A stretch of DNA of 64,000 bases from Eledone cirrhosa. Lineage: Eukaryota. Below, piece by piece: positions 1 through 12,765 of this stretch. The first letter of the stretch is position 1, and each line of letters begins with the position of its first letter. A model generated the notes under the pieces. The model searched no databases. It had not been told where the DNA came from and worked only from the letters and a program-made list of their open reading frames with translations. The translations under genes and the position numbers were made by a program. The stretch is taken from assembly GCA_964016885.1 (NCBI GenBank), contig OZ024742.1:322090001-322154000 (forward strand). The letters run 5' to 3'.

Positions 1-187
1 TGTGACGTTTCAGGTGTAGAAACAGTAAGGGTCTGTAAATTATACTGTTCTAAATATATATACTCTCTCTCTCTCTCCCTCTCTCACTTTCTCTCTCTCT
101 CTATATATATATATATGCGTGTATATATATATATATATATATATTACATTGAAATATGTTACCAAACACTTATTCACATCATAATTT

Positions 188-228
188 GATTTACAATTGT
201 TTCATCCTCGTGGGACTTATCAAAATCG
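188..228 (-). ncRNA. Minimal type-I hammerhead ribozyme, U3-A8 core variant (Penelope pLTR type)
   Basis: Minus strand reads gatt TTGATAA gtcc-cacga-ggat GAAA caattg TA aatc: stem I gatt/aatc, 4-bp stem II, palindromic stem III loop CAATTG, GUA cleavage triplet. Confidence 0.7.
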
Positions 229-384
229 ATTATTTTATAAATAATCACCACAACATGTTCATCTTTTTGAACGCACAAACATCCCTGAGAGTTTTTATTA
301 CATTTTACAAAACTCCTTAGTCATCAACTTGTTGATGAATACATATGTATATGACGCAACACTGATTCATTGTTCCATAACTAT

Positions 385-477
<93 letters not shown>

Positions 478-1062
478 TAGGTGGCCCCATGCTGTCAAAA
501 AGGACGGCTTATTGTAGTATCAACTATAAAAAGGGTCTGTCTTTCTCTCGCTAAACGACGTTTCCTTTCAATTGCACTCTCCATTACTGAAACCAACCTA
601 AGCTCGTAAGATTTAAAGCCACATAAAGCAGGCCATCACTTATAGTTGATGTAAAAACTTCCTAGTTAAAATGTATTACATACATACATTTCTTAATATA
701 AATACATTAGGTACATGTATGAACTGTTAAATTAAGGGTAGATGTGTATTTGTATAACATTTCAACTGCAGTCGTTTTATATTCTTGATAATTCTAACTT
801 ATTCCGATATTGCTAGGGACTTGACCCCTTGGAAAACACATACGCACATACACTCACACGCATACATTCACACACACACACACACTCACACAAGTGTAGC
901 CAATCTAAGAACACTGGTTAAAAATAATTATTACATATACACACATCTTCACAAACATATACATAAACAGACTCATTAGAGAAAATAATTATTACATGCA
1001 CACACATTGTTCACTGTTTTCTATACTTTGTCACACCCTCTTCTTTCCACACTCATCACATA

Positions 1063-1236
1063 GATTGGCAGTATCGGTAGAGGGAGGATGCTTTGCAGTA
1101 TAGAGTTACGCTCCTTTACGGTCTGAGTTCAAATCCCGTCGAGGTTAACTTTATCTTTCATCCTTACGATAAAATAAAGTACCAGTAATGTACTGGGATA
1201 ATTGCTGGCCTTGTGCCAAAAATAGAAACAATTATT
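1063..1236 (+). mobile_element. tRNA-derived SINE (dominant family in window)
   Basis: A-box TGGCAGTATCGG, B-box GAGTTCAAATCC, central ctttcatcctt...gataaaataaagtaccag, 3' ggccttgtgccaaaa...gaaacaattatt; about 10 copies in window. Confidence 0.8.
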
Positions 1237-2051
1237 TTATATAATGTATCTGTTTATGTATATGTTTATATACTCATACATAGATGAGTTACATCCCTTT
1301 GTGTGACAAACAAATACACATTGGCTATTATATTAGTACATACGTATTATATTAGTAGATAAATATAAAATAGCACGCGTGTTTGTCTAGTCTCCTATGC
1401 ACTCAAACCCAGTGGACCAATCATGTTGAAAGTTATCATATGGGTTCCTTAGATTCAGGAATAGGTTTTCCTCATACTTAGACCTATATTCATTTGTTTA
1501 TCTGTTTGTTTGCCTGTTTGTCAATCTGTGACCATGATGGTCGTCGTGAATTATCGTCTTCACCACGGCGGAATGTGACGGGAAATAGAAAAAAAATGAA
1601 GAAGTGAAAATTTGACAGAAAGTCAGAACACGTGAAATTAAATAGAGTGCTGAAAGCCAAAGATGGAACTAAACAATAAACACACACTTGCTTCAGTATT
1701 TGACGTCCCCCGCTCTCCTGCATGAAAGGAGGTACGACTAAAACAAGTGAGCGACACGCGTTCAATCAACATAAAGCAACAACACCCACCAGCTTTATCA
1801 AAATCTGCTCTCTCCTCTATCGGCTGCAGCATATTTTGTCTTACATTCTTTATATATCTTCCGTGTGTGTATATATATGTCATATCTGCTTCATATTTAT
1901 CCCGTTTGAGAGCATCGTGTTTGTATTTTAACGCACGCTAAGGGAAGTAAGTAACTCTGAGTAAGTCGTGGTTGTAGTTAATGGTGACACTGTTGACATT
2001 TCACCGTTTATCATCACTACCAACGTTATTTTTCCATTTTTAAATAAATAA

Positions 2052-2637
2052 CTAGCAGAATGGCCCGGCGTTGCTCGGGATTTGCTCTAGAGTTCTTATA
2101 TATTTGATATATATTTATCCTTAGCGAGCCTCGTGAAATAAATACGTTTGTTTATATTTTGTTATTGTGTATGCAAAAATATCTGTACACGAATATTTAA
2201 TTATATATATATATATTAAAATAAAATATTAAAGTTTAAGCAAAGAATCGCTGCTTTCACCCTTAAAGGGATCTTCTGAAACTAAAAAAATCAATCTGTG
2301 AACGCAGAAGTAAATATTTCGAAAAATATTACACACTATATATATATATATATATACACACACTATATATACATATATACACACACACACACACACAGAT
2401 AGCGTCATAATGTCGTAATGCAGAGAGCCAGACATACAGACAGATATTATAAGGGCACGACGTCGTAGCTATGTATCTATCTAAAAAGAAAGACTAAGAA
2501 TTATAGAGAGAGATCGCTAAATCACCTAATGCGGCCCCTAGGGCATTGAAAATTTGAAAACAATCAGTTGGGTGGTTCTCGAGTTTTAGGGAGTCAGGCA
2601 GACAGACAGACATTCTCTGTTTTAGATATGTAGATAG
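2052..2637 (-). mobile_element. Non-autonomous Helitron-like element
   Basis: Minus-strand 3' end has hairpin cccgagcaacgccggg followed by CTAG; 5' end ctatctacatatctaaaa...(gtct)n; the same 3' motif occurs at 55788 and 60528. Confidence 0.55.
2233..2283 (-). ncRNA. Hammerhead-like motif, family E (A4 core variant)
   Basis: agttt CAGAAGA tccctttaagggt GAAA gcag-cgattct-ttgc TT aaact; stem I agttt/aaact. Confidence 0.55.
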
Positions 2638-2639
2638 TG

Positions 2640-3670
2640 ACATGGGAAGCTGCATGCAAAAAAGTACCATCGAAGAATAGACCTTCATTTGGAAGACGTC
2701 TCGGAAAGCTATGACAAAGCAGCTACAAAGGGAGAATGGAAGTCACGAGCAGCGACAAGAAAGACTCCAAAAACAAAGAAAAACAACAGCAAAATATAGG
2801 CAAAATCAGAACAAAGACCAAAAAGGCTTGCACATGATGGAGAGCAACTATTGGTCAGGGAGAATTAGATGTACGAAACTACAGCACAAAACAGAGAGGA
2901 TGAATCAGATGCACAAAGATCATTAAGGCTTTAACAACAAAGAATAAGAAGTGCACAGAATAGACAGGATGAATTAGAGGAACAGAGGTCAAAAAGGCTT
3001 GCTGGAGATAGGACAATGAAAGCAACTATTCTTCAAGAGGAATCAGATGTACGAAAACCATTAAGACAGTAAATGGAGAGAAACTGAAGCTCAGACAATT
3101 CAAAGGCTATGTGAACATAGAGCAAGAGGAGAAGATTTATGATTTTAAAAGGTTGCCGAGTGGGGCTTTGCTGCTTTTAATTACAATCCACTTCAAAACT
3201 ATGCCTCAGAACCTTTAATTCAAATTTCCTCAATGAACACAATTTATCCAAATTATGGTGCTAAAAAATGGAATGGTGATCAACTGGATTGTGCTGTTTA
3301 AATGGAAAGATTAAGTTTAAACTATTACCTGAACGACCAGAAGCCTTGAAGGGAGTGCTGATTGATAGAGCTACTGAATCAAGACACTTTTTTCAAAATA
3401 GCCAAAGGTAAAATAATGCATTCAAATGACATCATTTGGTGGCTTTAAACCCACTTTGAAGATCCAAGGGCAAGTGAAATATAGAATTGGACCACTTCAG
3501 TCACTTTTAGAAGAATCAAAATATTTACAACTGTATTTCATCAGTGATATGACAACACAAGAACAGACAAGATATAAAAGTAATAAATAAATGAAATTAT
3601 ATTGCAACTACAAGATATGTTTACATACAAGAAGCAGTCATATTAAAAGTTTCAAATATACCCTAGAAGA
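2640..3670 (+). pseudogene. Degraded Helitron Rep/helicase N-terminal region
   Basis: Across frameshifts and stops reads FNYNP...IQISSMNT..GAKKWNG...ATESRHFFQNSQR*NNAFK/MTSFG...KIQGQV..RIGPLQ...KYLQLYFISD, typical of the region upstream of Helitron_like_N. Confidence 0.7.
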
Positions 3671-3948
3671 GGTTTTGTGTGCGTGTCACGTGCATGAATG
3701 ATAAAAATCGTAGAGTAAGATTCAAGGAAGTCATATGACCTCTGAAAGAATGTATCAGAAATACGAGAAGAGACTATCTAGTTCAGTGTGTGTGTACGTG
3801 TGTGTGTTGTGTTGTTGTGTCACCTCGAACTGAACTGACATGACCACTTCCTACGCGTGACTTCGTGTATGAACACACGTATACGTTCATGTAATGGTTG
3901 TGGATATGTAGAGACTCACACACACACATATGTGTGTGTGTGAGAAGA

Positions 3949-4018
<70 letters not shown>

Positions 4019-4109
4019 CGAAGGAAAAGTGGTAAGGAACCAGGTGGACCATAACGCACCAAAGTACTCAATACTTGAGGTAGTAGAGTGGGTAATAGGA
4101 ACCAGTAAG

Positions 4110-4203
4110 ACCCCGACAGCTGAGCTCAAGCCGTTTCGACGGCTAATTCTGGACTAAATGAAAATTTATCCTGGTATTTAAATAGCCGATCTTCTCAAGG
4201 GGT
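4110..4203 (-). ncRNA. Family A hammerhead ribozyme (U3-A8)
   Basis: Reverse complement of 5692-5785. Confidence 0.75.
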
Positions 4204-5691
4204 AATTCCATATATGGTCAAAGTGATTGTCAAAAATCAGTGGTAATTCTGTGGTTGCAAATTAGTAGGGGAGATGGTGGCTAAACCTGCCAGTAGGAGA
4301 AAGAGGGGAGGGGGTGGAGTAGACCCAATCAAGCGTTGGTAGTGCCAGCTACAGCTGGGCATGAGGTCAAAGAAGATACAGGGGAGGGGGAGGGGGAGGG
4401 GGAGGAAATCGGAACGGTAGGTAGAACAATGGGGGGTAGAAGTATCTAGGAAAGAAAAAATACTGAGAGAGAAGAGAAGCAAATAAGTGTAAAGAAAAAA
4501 GTAAAGTAAATTAAATTCTACGACCTAGGTGTCAGGCTATTGTTAGGCTAGAATAAAATAAAGAAAGAAAGAAAGAAGTAAAGAAATAAATAAATAAATA
4601 AATAACGAAATAAGTAAAAGAACTAGGTGGGACGGATAGGCAAGGACCCTTTTAAGAGGTATAAGTACGTAAATGATACGGTGACGGGTCAACAAAAGGG
4701 GCCAAAATACTAAAGAGACTACCACGAAATAAACAATAAAGGTTTCCATCCCGGGCCAGCAACGACCCAGTGCAGCAAAGTGAACTTGTACGAGATAATA
4801 ATTCTGAGTCCCGAGAAAAATATATACTAATGCTAACTCTAAAAGATCTAAAACAAGCTACAAGAAAGTTCGTACGAAATAAAGGTAGAATACGGAGAAA
4901 TAAATTCAGAATCCATGCCTTATGCCTTATTTTTTCGTTTCAGTATTTCTTGCTTCGCTTTTCTTCTGGGCGGGGTGGATTCTGAATTTATTTCTCCGTA
5001 TTCTACCTTTATTTCGTACGAACTTTCTTGTAGCTTGTTTTAGATCTTTTAGAGTTAGCATTAGTATATATTTTTCTCGGGACTCAGAATTATTATCTCG
5101 TACAAGTTCACTTTGCTGCACTGGGTCGTTGCTGGCCCGGGATGGAAACCTTTATTGTTTATTTCGTGGTAGTCTCTTTAGTATTTTGGCCCCTTTTGTT
5201 GACCCGTCACCGTATCATTTACGTACTTATACCTCTTAAAAGGGTCCTTGCCTATCCGTCCCACCTAGTTCTTTTACTTATTTCGTTATTTATTTATTTA
5301 TTTATTTATTTACTTCTTTCTTTCTTTCTTTCTTTATTTTATTCTAGCCTAACAATAGCCTGACACCTAGGTCGTAGAATTTAATTTACTTTACTTTTTT
5401 CTTTACACTTATTTGCTTCTCTTCTCTCTCAGTATTTTTTCTTTCCTAGATACTTCTACCCCCCATTGTTCTACCTACCGTTCCGATTTCCTCCCCCTCC
5501 CCCTCCCCCTCCCCTGTATCTTCTTTGACCTCATGCCCAGCTGTAGCTGGCACTACCAACGCTTGATTGGGTCTACTCCACCCCCTCCCCTCTTTCTCCT
5601 ACTGGCAGGTTTAGCCACCATCTCCCCTACTAATTTGCAACCACAGAATTACCACTGATTTTTGACAATCACTTTGACCATATATGGAATT

Positions 5692-5785
5692 ACCCCTTGA
5701 GAAGATCGGCTATTTAAATACCAGGATAAATTTTCATTTAGTCCAGAATTAGCCGTCGAAACGGCTTGAGCTCAGCTGTCGGGGT
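5692..5785 (+). ncRNA. Family A hammerhead ribozyme (U3-A8, long stem II)
   Basis: acccc TTGAGAA ga(t)cggcta...tagccgtc GAAA cggct-tgagctc-agctg TC ggggt; all three stems pair; GUC triplet. Confidence 0.75.
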
Positions 5786-5795
5786 CTTACTGGTT

Positions 5796-5840
<45 letters not shown>

Positions 5841-6090
5841 AGACAATGGGGAGTTAGGGTGGAAAAATACGGCACTTCGGAGCTAGGGTGCGTACTATGG
5901 CACTGCAGAGTTAGGTGGAACATTATGGCAATGGGGAGCTTCTGTGACACAGTATGAAAATATGGATCTTGGGTGTCCATAAAACTCCGGTGGATACCTT
6001 ACCGAGAAAATCCTAAGGAATACAAATCGTTGAGTGCTTGACCTCCGTTTACGAAGTCGGTAGATTATAGGACCAACCAACATTCATCTA

Positions 6091-6224
<134 letters not shown>

Positions 6225-6536
6225 TTGTGTGTGCGCGCGCACACGCGTGAAATGTAAACAGAAATAACAAAGCTGACAATACAGTACAATGAAGAAATAT
6301 ATTAGTTTAACGCTTAATATAGTAGGTAAAGAATCTTACGTTTTTGGACACTATTCCTACATCAGAAGAAAAGAGGAAGGAGAGGAAGGATCAGAAAGAC
6401 ATTTCAGACTGACGACTCTGTGATAAACAGGTGACATTCCAGAGTAACAAGATTCACTTGTTAGCCTTAATAATATTGAATCTTAAAACTCTGCTTAGGT
6501 ATTGAGTACTCCCTTTTTCAACCGTCAACCACATAT

Positions 6537-6599
<63 letters not shown>

Positions 6600-6623
6600 A
6601 ATTAAAATACTTGGGTTCTATGC

Positions 6624-6679
<56 letters not shown>

Positions 6680-6687
<8 letters not shown>

Positions 6688-7169
6688 ATGCTTTGGGAGG
6701 GTCATGTTGCCAATGAGAAACACACGCACCAGTTGCTTTCACTTCAATTTATTATAAATTAAATTTATAAATTTAGGAATTTATAAATTTCCGGTTGGTT
6801 GGTTGGTTCCACAACCAGACGATTGTTCATATATTGTCAAAGTTCTTTCGTCACACATTCTGTGACCTCTTCACTGACTGGGGATTCTTTTCTTTGTTTT
6901 TGTGCCTCTCCTTTGTTCTGTCCTACGCCATCTCCAAAGGAGAGGCACAAAAACAAAGAAAAGAATCCCAGTCACTGAAGAGGTCACAGAATGTGTGACG
7001 AAAGAACTTTGACAATATATGAACAATCGTCTGGTTGTGGAACCAACCCACCAACCGGAAATTTATAAATTCCTAAATTTATAAATTCAATTTATAATAA
7101 ATTGAAGTGAAAACAACTGGTGCGTGTGTTTCTCATTGGCAACATGACCCTCCCAAAGCATAACAATAT
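6680..7169. repeat. Fold-back palindrome (family C), about 235-bp arms
   Basis: 6680-6915 vs 6935-7169 inverted, 19-nt spacer; right arm continues about 55 nt to (TA)n. Confidence 0.9.
6971..7013 (+). ncRNA. Minimal hammerhead ribozyme, family C
   Basis: gtca CTGAAGA g gtcaca-gaatg-tgtgac GAAA gaac TT tgac. Confidence 0.75.
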
Positions 7170-7222
7170 CGGTTTCAACACACGTTTTCAGATAAAGAAT
7201 CTTGCTAAACAAATTCAGAAAC

Positions 7223-7277
<55 letters not shown>

Positions 7278-7392
7278 TTTGTTCTTGAAGGCCGTTCGTC
7301 CCCGAAAATTACGTAAACTGAAACTATTTTTTCATACGAAATGCTGAGAGAAATACAGTGAGAGAGAAAGACAGACTGTGTGTGAAAGACCA

Positions 7393-7727
7393 TAACACAC
7401 CAGAGTACTCAATACTTAGCGTAGTAGAGTGGGTAATAGTTCGGATCTTGCTGTCGAAACGGCCGGAGCTGAGCCGTCGGGGTCCTGACTTTTTTTATAT
7501 ATATGTATATATATATATAACGAAGGAGGTGTGGTAAGGAACCAAATGGACTATAATGCACTAGAGTACTCAATACTTAGGGTAGTAGAGTGGGTAATAG
7601 GAAAATGCATGACCCCGACGCAGAGCTCAAGCCATTTCGACGGCTATTTCTGGACTCAATACTTAGGGTAACAGAGTCCAGAAATAGCCGTCGAAACGGC
7701 TTGAGCTCTGCCGTCGGGGTCAAACAT

Positions 7728-7731
<4 letters not shown>
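7393..7731. mobile_element. Two diverged family A terminal fragments with fold-back
   Basis: Share gagtactcaatact..gtagtagagtgggtaatag tail and gtcgaaacggc...gccgtcggggtc; arms about 7600-7657 and 7674-7731. Confidence 0.75.
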
Positions 7732-7783
<52 letters not shown>

Positions 7784-7906
7784 AACAATAGTATTGCCTT
7801 TCATCCCCGCGAGATCGATAAACTGGGGTGAATTTAATTGACTTTCTTCTTCATTTCAAATTGGTGACCTTGTGTCAAAAGTAGAAACAATTATTCAGCA
7901 GCTAAA

Positions 7907-8072
7907 GGCGGTAGGTTGGGAGGATTGGTAGAGCATTGGGGAGAAAGCTGTGCGGTATTTAGTTACGACTTTCTACGTTCTGAGTTCAAATTCTGCAGAG
8001 GTCAAGTTAACCTTTTATCCGACCGGGATCGATAAAATAGTATCAATCGAGTACTGGGGTCGATATAATCGA
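7907..8072 (+). mobile_element. tRNA-derived SINE, diverged copy
   Basis: B-box ctgagttcaaattc plus gatcgataaaatagta...gtactggggtcga. Confidence 0.6.
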
Positions 8073-8705
8073 GGTTCCCCTCTCCCAAACTGAGTGGGGT
8101 GATGTAGTCAACTTCCTAGTTTCCCAAATGGAAATCCTTTTTTTAGAATTTGGGCATAAAAGCACCTGGACAGAAAAGTGTTCACAGTGTCTCTCAGGTG
8201 ACATGGAAATTCTCGGTTTGGTTCCCAAGCGTACGGTTAGCCCATAGGGAATGATAGACCCTCTAGTTCTTTTTAGGAAGGAGAAGGAAAAGTGATATAA
8301 AACCTGCAACTCGATAGCAACCAATGATGTTGGCTTATTCTTCTTTGGAGATATCTGTCACTGTTATTCAGGGAGTGGAATTGGTCCAGCGCATGGTCTT
8401 TCTTCATTTAAAAATGTTTCAAGTACAGGATTCACTTGATCTAAACGACTATCACGTCTTTACCCTTTACAGTATCCAATGTATCCTTATAACTTAAGTT
8501 TTTTTTAGATGGCACATCATTACTTGAGGTAGATTTGTTTGCTCTTTCTAGAAAGTGATCCGACTGCATAGGACGTTTCATTCTGATTCATTATATAGGT
8601 TAAATATGCAGGTTGCTTATCAACTTTCAAATGTACGATGAAAGTTTTGTAAACAGTGAGTGGACAGTAAGTGTAGATGATGCACTGTATATGTGCATGT
8701 GTGTG

Positions 8706-8750
<45 letters not shown>

Positions 8751-8983
8751 TGGACAAAGAGCTACGCTGTGTGATTATGCGCACGCGCGCGTGCACACAC
8801 ACACGCACGCACACACGCACACACACACACTCACACACACACACACACACACACACACATCTTGTGAGCAAACAATTAGAACATGTACAGACCGGTAATA
8901 CGAGATAATTCAGTGAATGACTTTTCTTATCTCTCGTTTACTATCTCTCCATACATACATACATACATACATACATACATACA

Positions 8984-9017
<34 letters not shown>

Positions 9018-9324
9018 CATACATATATATACACACACACGTATATATATATATATATGCGTCTGTAAATGTGTGTGTGTATGCGTATATTCTATTACGT
9101 ATTTCGTACTAACACATGGAAATTGTTTTACGAACGACGACACCAATGTGCGTATTACTTGCAGAAGAAAGTTAACAGAGGAGCACTTACACATACATAT
9201 ATACACATCATACACATACATACATACATACATACATACATACATACATACATACATACATACATACATACATACATACATACATACACATACATACACA
9301 TACATACATACATACATACATACA

Positions 9325-9580
9325 TGGTGGCTGCCAACTCGTTTTCGAGTACGGCCACTACTTTATATCCATGTAGGAGAACCCCTACCGATGCGCTGAA
9401 CGAGTGTGACTTTTTAGTCCAGCCAGCGACTTGAAAACTCTGGTACAAACACTACACCTGTGACAATTATTGACACATAGTGCTGGGCCCATGGTACCAT
9501 GTGACGACAAGTGCAGAGAGATCTCTAGATATAAAGCAATACCTGTGCCGTGAAGCTTTTATAGTGAGCAAAGGCACTGC
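9325..9580 (-). repeat. Interspersed repeat (same family as 22070-22313 and 35068-35187)
   Basis: Near-identical blocks such as ctcgttttcgagtacggccactacttta and ccagccagcgacttgaaaactctggta at three loci. Confidence 0.75.
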
Positions 9581-10078
9581 TTTTTTCCATCCACTGAATT
9601 ATTTTTTTATATAAGTTCCCAGTGTCCTCGTATTGCCTGGAAGCTTAGCTGAGAATAGACTCCCTGATGACGTAAGGCTTCTCTATGGATACGCTCCGTC
9701 ACCATATTTATCCCCTTACAGAAACTAATTAGTTGGAGTGAAATTTTAGTAAGTCAATTTTCATAACTTTCTTGTTTACGTCTTTCATATAATTGTTCTG
9801 CATCCCCTTGCATAGAACCACAAAGTTACTAAGACAAAACATATATATTTGCTAACATAGGTATGCATCTGTATACATATGTTGGTAGATATACTAATTC
9901 TTTATATATATATATATATATATATATAAATATTATATATATATATAAAATTTTCGCTCTACATGGCTGAATACAATAAATGTAATCTGAGTTGAGCAAG
10001 AATGAGGGGCTCATTCTACTGATATGGCTTTAAAAATGAGGCTTGTTTGCATAATTGCAAACGAATCGAATATTATTA

Positions 10079-10261
10079 TTGGCAGTATCGGTAGAGGGTC
10101 GGACGCCATGCTTTGAAGCATAGAGTTACCTCCCTGTATGATCTGAGTTCAAATCCCGCCGAGGTTAACTTTGCCTTTCATCCTTCCGGGGTCGATAAAA
10201 TAAAGTACCAGTAATGCACTGGGTAATTGCTGGCCTTGTGCCAAAAGTAGAAACAATTATT
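10079..10261 (+). mobile_element. tRNA-derived SINE
   Basis: Full A/B boxes, central and 3' regions match 1063-1236. Confidence 0.85.
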
Positions 10262-10279
10262 AATATTCGAAAAACTCAG

Positions 10280-10309
<30 letters not shown>

Positions 10310-10314
<5 letters not shown>

Positions 10315-10470
10315 ATGTGGTTGTTGATGGCTGAGAAAAAGGAGTACCCAATACCGTAGTTGAGTTTTAATATTCATTTATATTAAGAATAAAAAGTGCG
10401 TCTTGTCTGATGACTCTGTGATAAACAGGCGAAACACTACAGTAACACGATTCACTTTTTAGCCTTAATA
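10310..10470 (+). mobile_element. Family B pLTR-like fragment: inverted 3' tail plus imperfect HHR
   Basis: 10311-10388 is the reverse complement of the tail at about 6465-6540; then tcttgt CTGATGA ctctgt-gataa-acaggc GAAA cactacag TA acacga; sister copy at 6405-6540. Confidence 0.55.
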
Positions 10471-11426
10471 TATAATATATATATATGTGTGTGTGGGGGG
10501 AAGGGTGTATCTTGCTTATCTGAGAAAAAGAAACAGTTGACCAGTTTACAATACTTTCTATTTCGTTTCTTTGTACAGTGACTATGACTAGTCTTTCGTG
10601 AGAGTTTTCAAACGGTTTTTTTTTAATTTTTGTTTTGTTTTATTTCGTTTTTATTTTAAACTCAGTCCAGTGGTCCACTTGACATTATTCAAATGCCCGA
10701 ATGGCTAGTCACCCTCCGACCAATGTCTAACCACGACCGAAGGGGGCCTTTTCCCTCCTTTCCGTAAGTTTCTAGCATAGATACGGCGGCAACGGCTCAC
10801 ACTAAGCCATGTTTATACCAGTTTTTTTATACATAATTCATGTAATCACAGCCGTAATCCTCCTTTCAACATTGGAATGACAAGACGTATATTTAAATAA
10901 AGGAATAAAGAAAAGGTAGTTAACTAAAGTAAATATTTATTTATACTCAAATTAGAACAACGGCCGATAACATTCAAAATTACAGACTTTTTTTTTAATG
11001 TCAAATTGATTCTTTTAGTTTTGCTAGCTGCATATATGGACATAGGTAGGGAAGTGGTAGAGTAATTAGAACGTCTGTTAGAATGCTTTTCGATATTAAT
11101 TCCGGCTCTCTGCGCTCTGAGTTCAAATCCCAAACAGTCATTAGACGGCAGCCACATTAAGGCCTAGCCTTTGAGGGTTTGAGCCGTCAATATCAGCCCC
11201 ACTACATATAAGTTTGAGATTTCTTTTATCACACACACACACACACATAGAAATATTTACCTCGTTCGTCAGACAAAACAATTATGTTTTGGATATCACT
11301 TTCAAAATATATATCCAAAACATAATTGTTTTGTCTGAGGAACGAGCTAGATGTTTCTTGCAAGAATTACCTAGTTTCTTGAAAACTTCGATAATGAAAT
11401 AATTATATTGTGTTGTTTATTATGTA

Positions 11427-11546
<120 letters not shown>

Positions 11547-11752
11547 TGTATGTATAAATAAGTGTATATGTGCATGTGTATACGTCTCTTTCCGTATATG
11601 TGAGCAGGTGTGAATGCAGCATGGCCGAAGTTCGCATTGCAATCATCAGGTTCCGGATTCTATCCCTCAGTGTTGTACCATGGGTAAGTCCCATAGACTT
11701 GCACTGACTCAAGCCTTTTGAATGAAATTGAGTAGACGGAATCTATTTAGAT

Positions 11753-11872
11753 CAGTGTTTCCCAACCTTTTTTCATGCTCGGACCCCTAATAATTTATTA
11801 ATACAAAACAAAATACTGAAATGTTATCTCGCACCTCCTGGAGGTTCGAGCAACCTTGGTTGGGAAACCATG
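11753..11872. mobile_element. hAT (Charlie-like) MITE
   Basis: TIRs cagtgtttcccaacc / ggttgggaaaccatg; 8-bp TSD atttagat / acttagat. Confidence 0.75.
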
Positions 11873-11969
11873 ACTTAGATGTTCGTCGAATAGACTGAAC
11901 CTGTATTTAACCTGTGAAATACACTAACGTTGCACATGTCTGTTGAACACTCAGCCACTTGACACTATA

Positions 11970-12180
11970 ATTTCTACTATAGGTACAACGCCAGAAATTT
12001 GAGGAGAGGGGAAAGTCGATTAAATCGAACCCAGTCCATTACTGATACTTTATTTTATCGACTCCGTAAGGATTAAAGGCCAAGCTAACCTCGGTGGAAT
12101 TTGAACTCATATCGTAAAGGGTCGTAACTCGATGCCGCAAAGCATGTTCTCCAATGCTCTGCCGATTCTGCTAATCCACC
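11970..12180 (-). mobile_element. tRNA-derived SINE
   Basis: Reverse complement of the SINE consensus (ggaatttgaactc, attttatcgac). Confidence 0.7.
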
Positions 12181-12765
12181 CCTCCCCGACCGACCCCCAA
12201 GATTCATTGTATCTGTAATTCAATCAGCTGGCTTTGTTACTCATTGTGTCACATTGAATAACACTGATAATTACATTAAAGAAGAGGTTCTCAAAGTGGG
12301 AGCTACCGTCCCTCGGGGTGCGTTGAGAAGGTCCAGGGGCGCTGCGGCCTAAGGGGGCAGTACAGATGATATAATAGTATATTAAATATCAAATGATACA
12401 TATTATATATAAATATAGAAAAATAAAAAATATATAATATTTATTTATACATAGTATATATTATATTATTTATTATATATAAATTAACGATTTTCTTTAT
12501 TATATATTATTTACAATTTATGTATATATATATATAGATAGATAGATAGATTTCTTTATTTACCATAAAGGCATAAAAAGAAGGGACAAATACAAAGGGG
12601 GAGTTTACATATAATCGAGTAAAAAGGGTGTAACATGAAAATAATCGAAAATAACCTCAAAAGGGAGGGGACGTGATGGGGGTTGCACACACCCCCGAAA
12701 AAGTGTGCAATCCTTTGCCCGGGGAGCACATGGAGAAGGTGCTCCCCTCTCCTTTACTTCTTTAC

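Larger units (their letters stand above)
4015..5800. mobile_element. Family A fold-back element (Penelope pLTR-like), about 820-bp inverted arms
   Basis: 4095-4915 is the reverse complement of 4976-5800 with a 60-nt spacer; left arm carries about 80 extra nt (tail); (TA)n on both sides; HHR in each arm. Confidence 0.85.

Noticed and set aside
4237-5658. Duplicated small ORFs on opposite strands
   Set aside because: Consequence of the palindrome; no recognisable protein motifs.
6349-6370. Minus-strand ctgatgt-agga..tcc-aaaaacgta
   Set aside because: Probably a decayed HHR, but two core positions are mutated.
9660-9705. CTGATGA followed by a hairpin
   Set aside because: No GAAA or stem III; not a hammerhead.
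11325-11415. CTGAGGA...GAAAtaattaTA
   Set aside because: Stem I strands do not pair; only the hairpin is kept.
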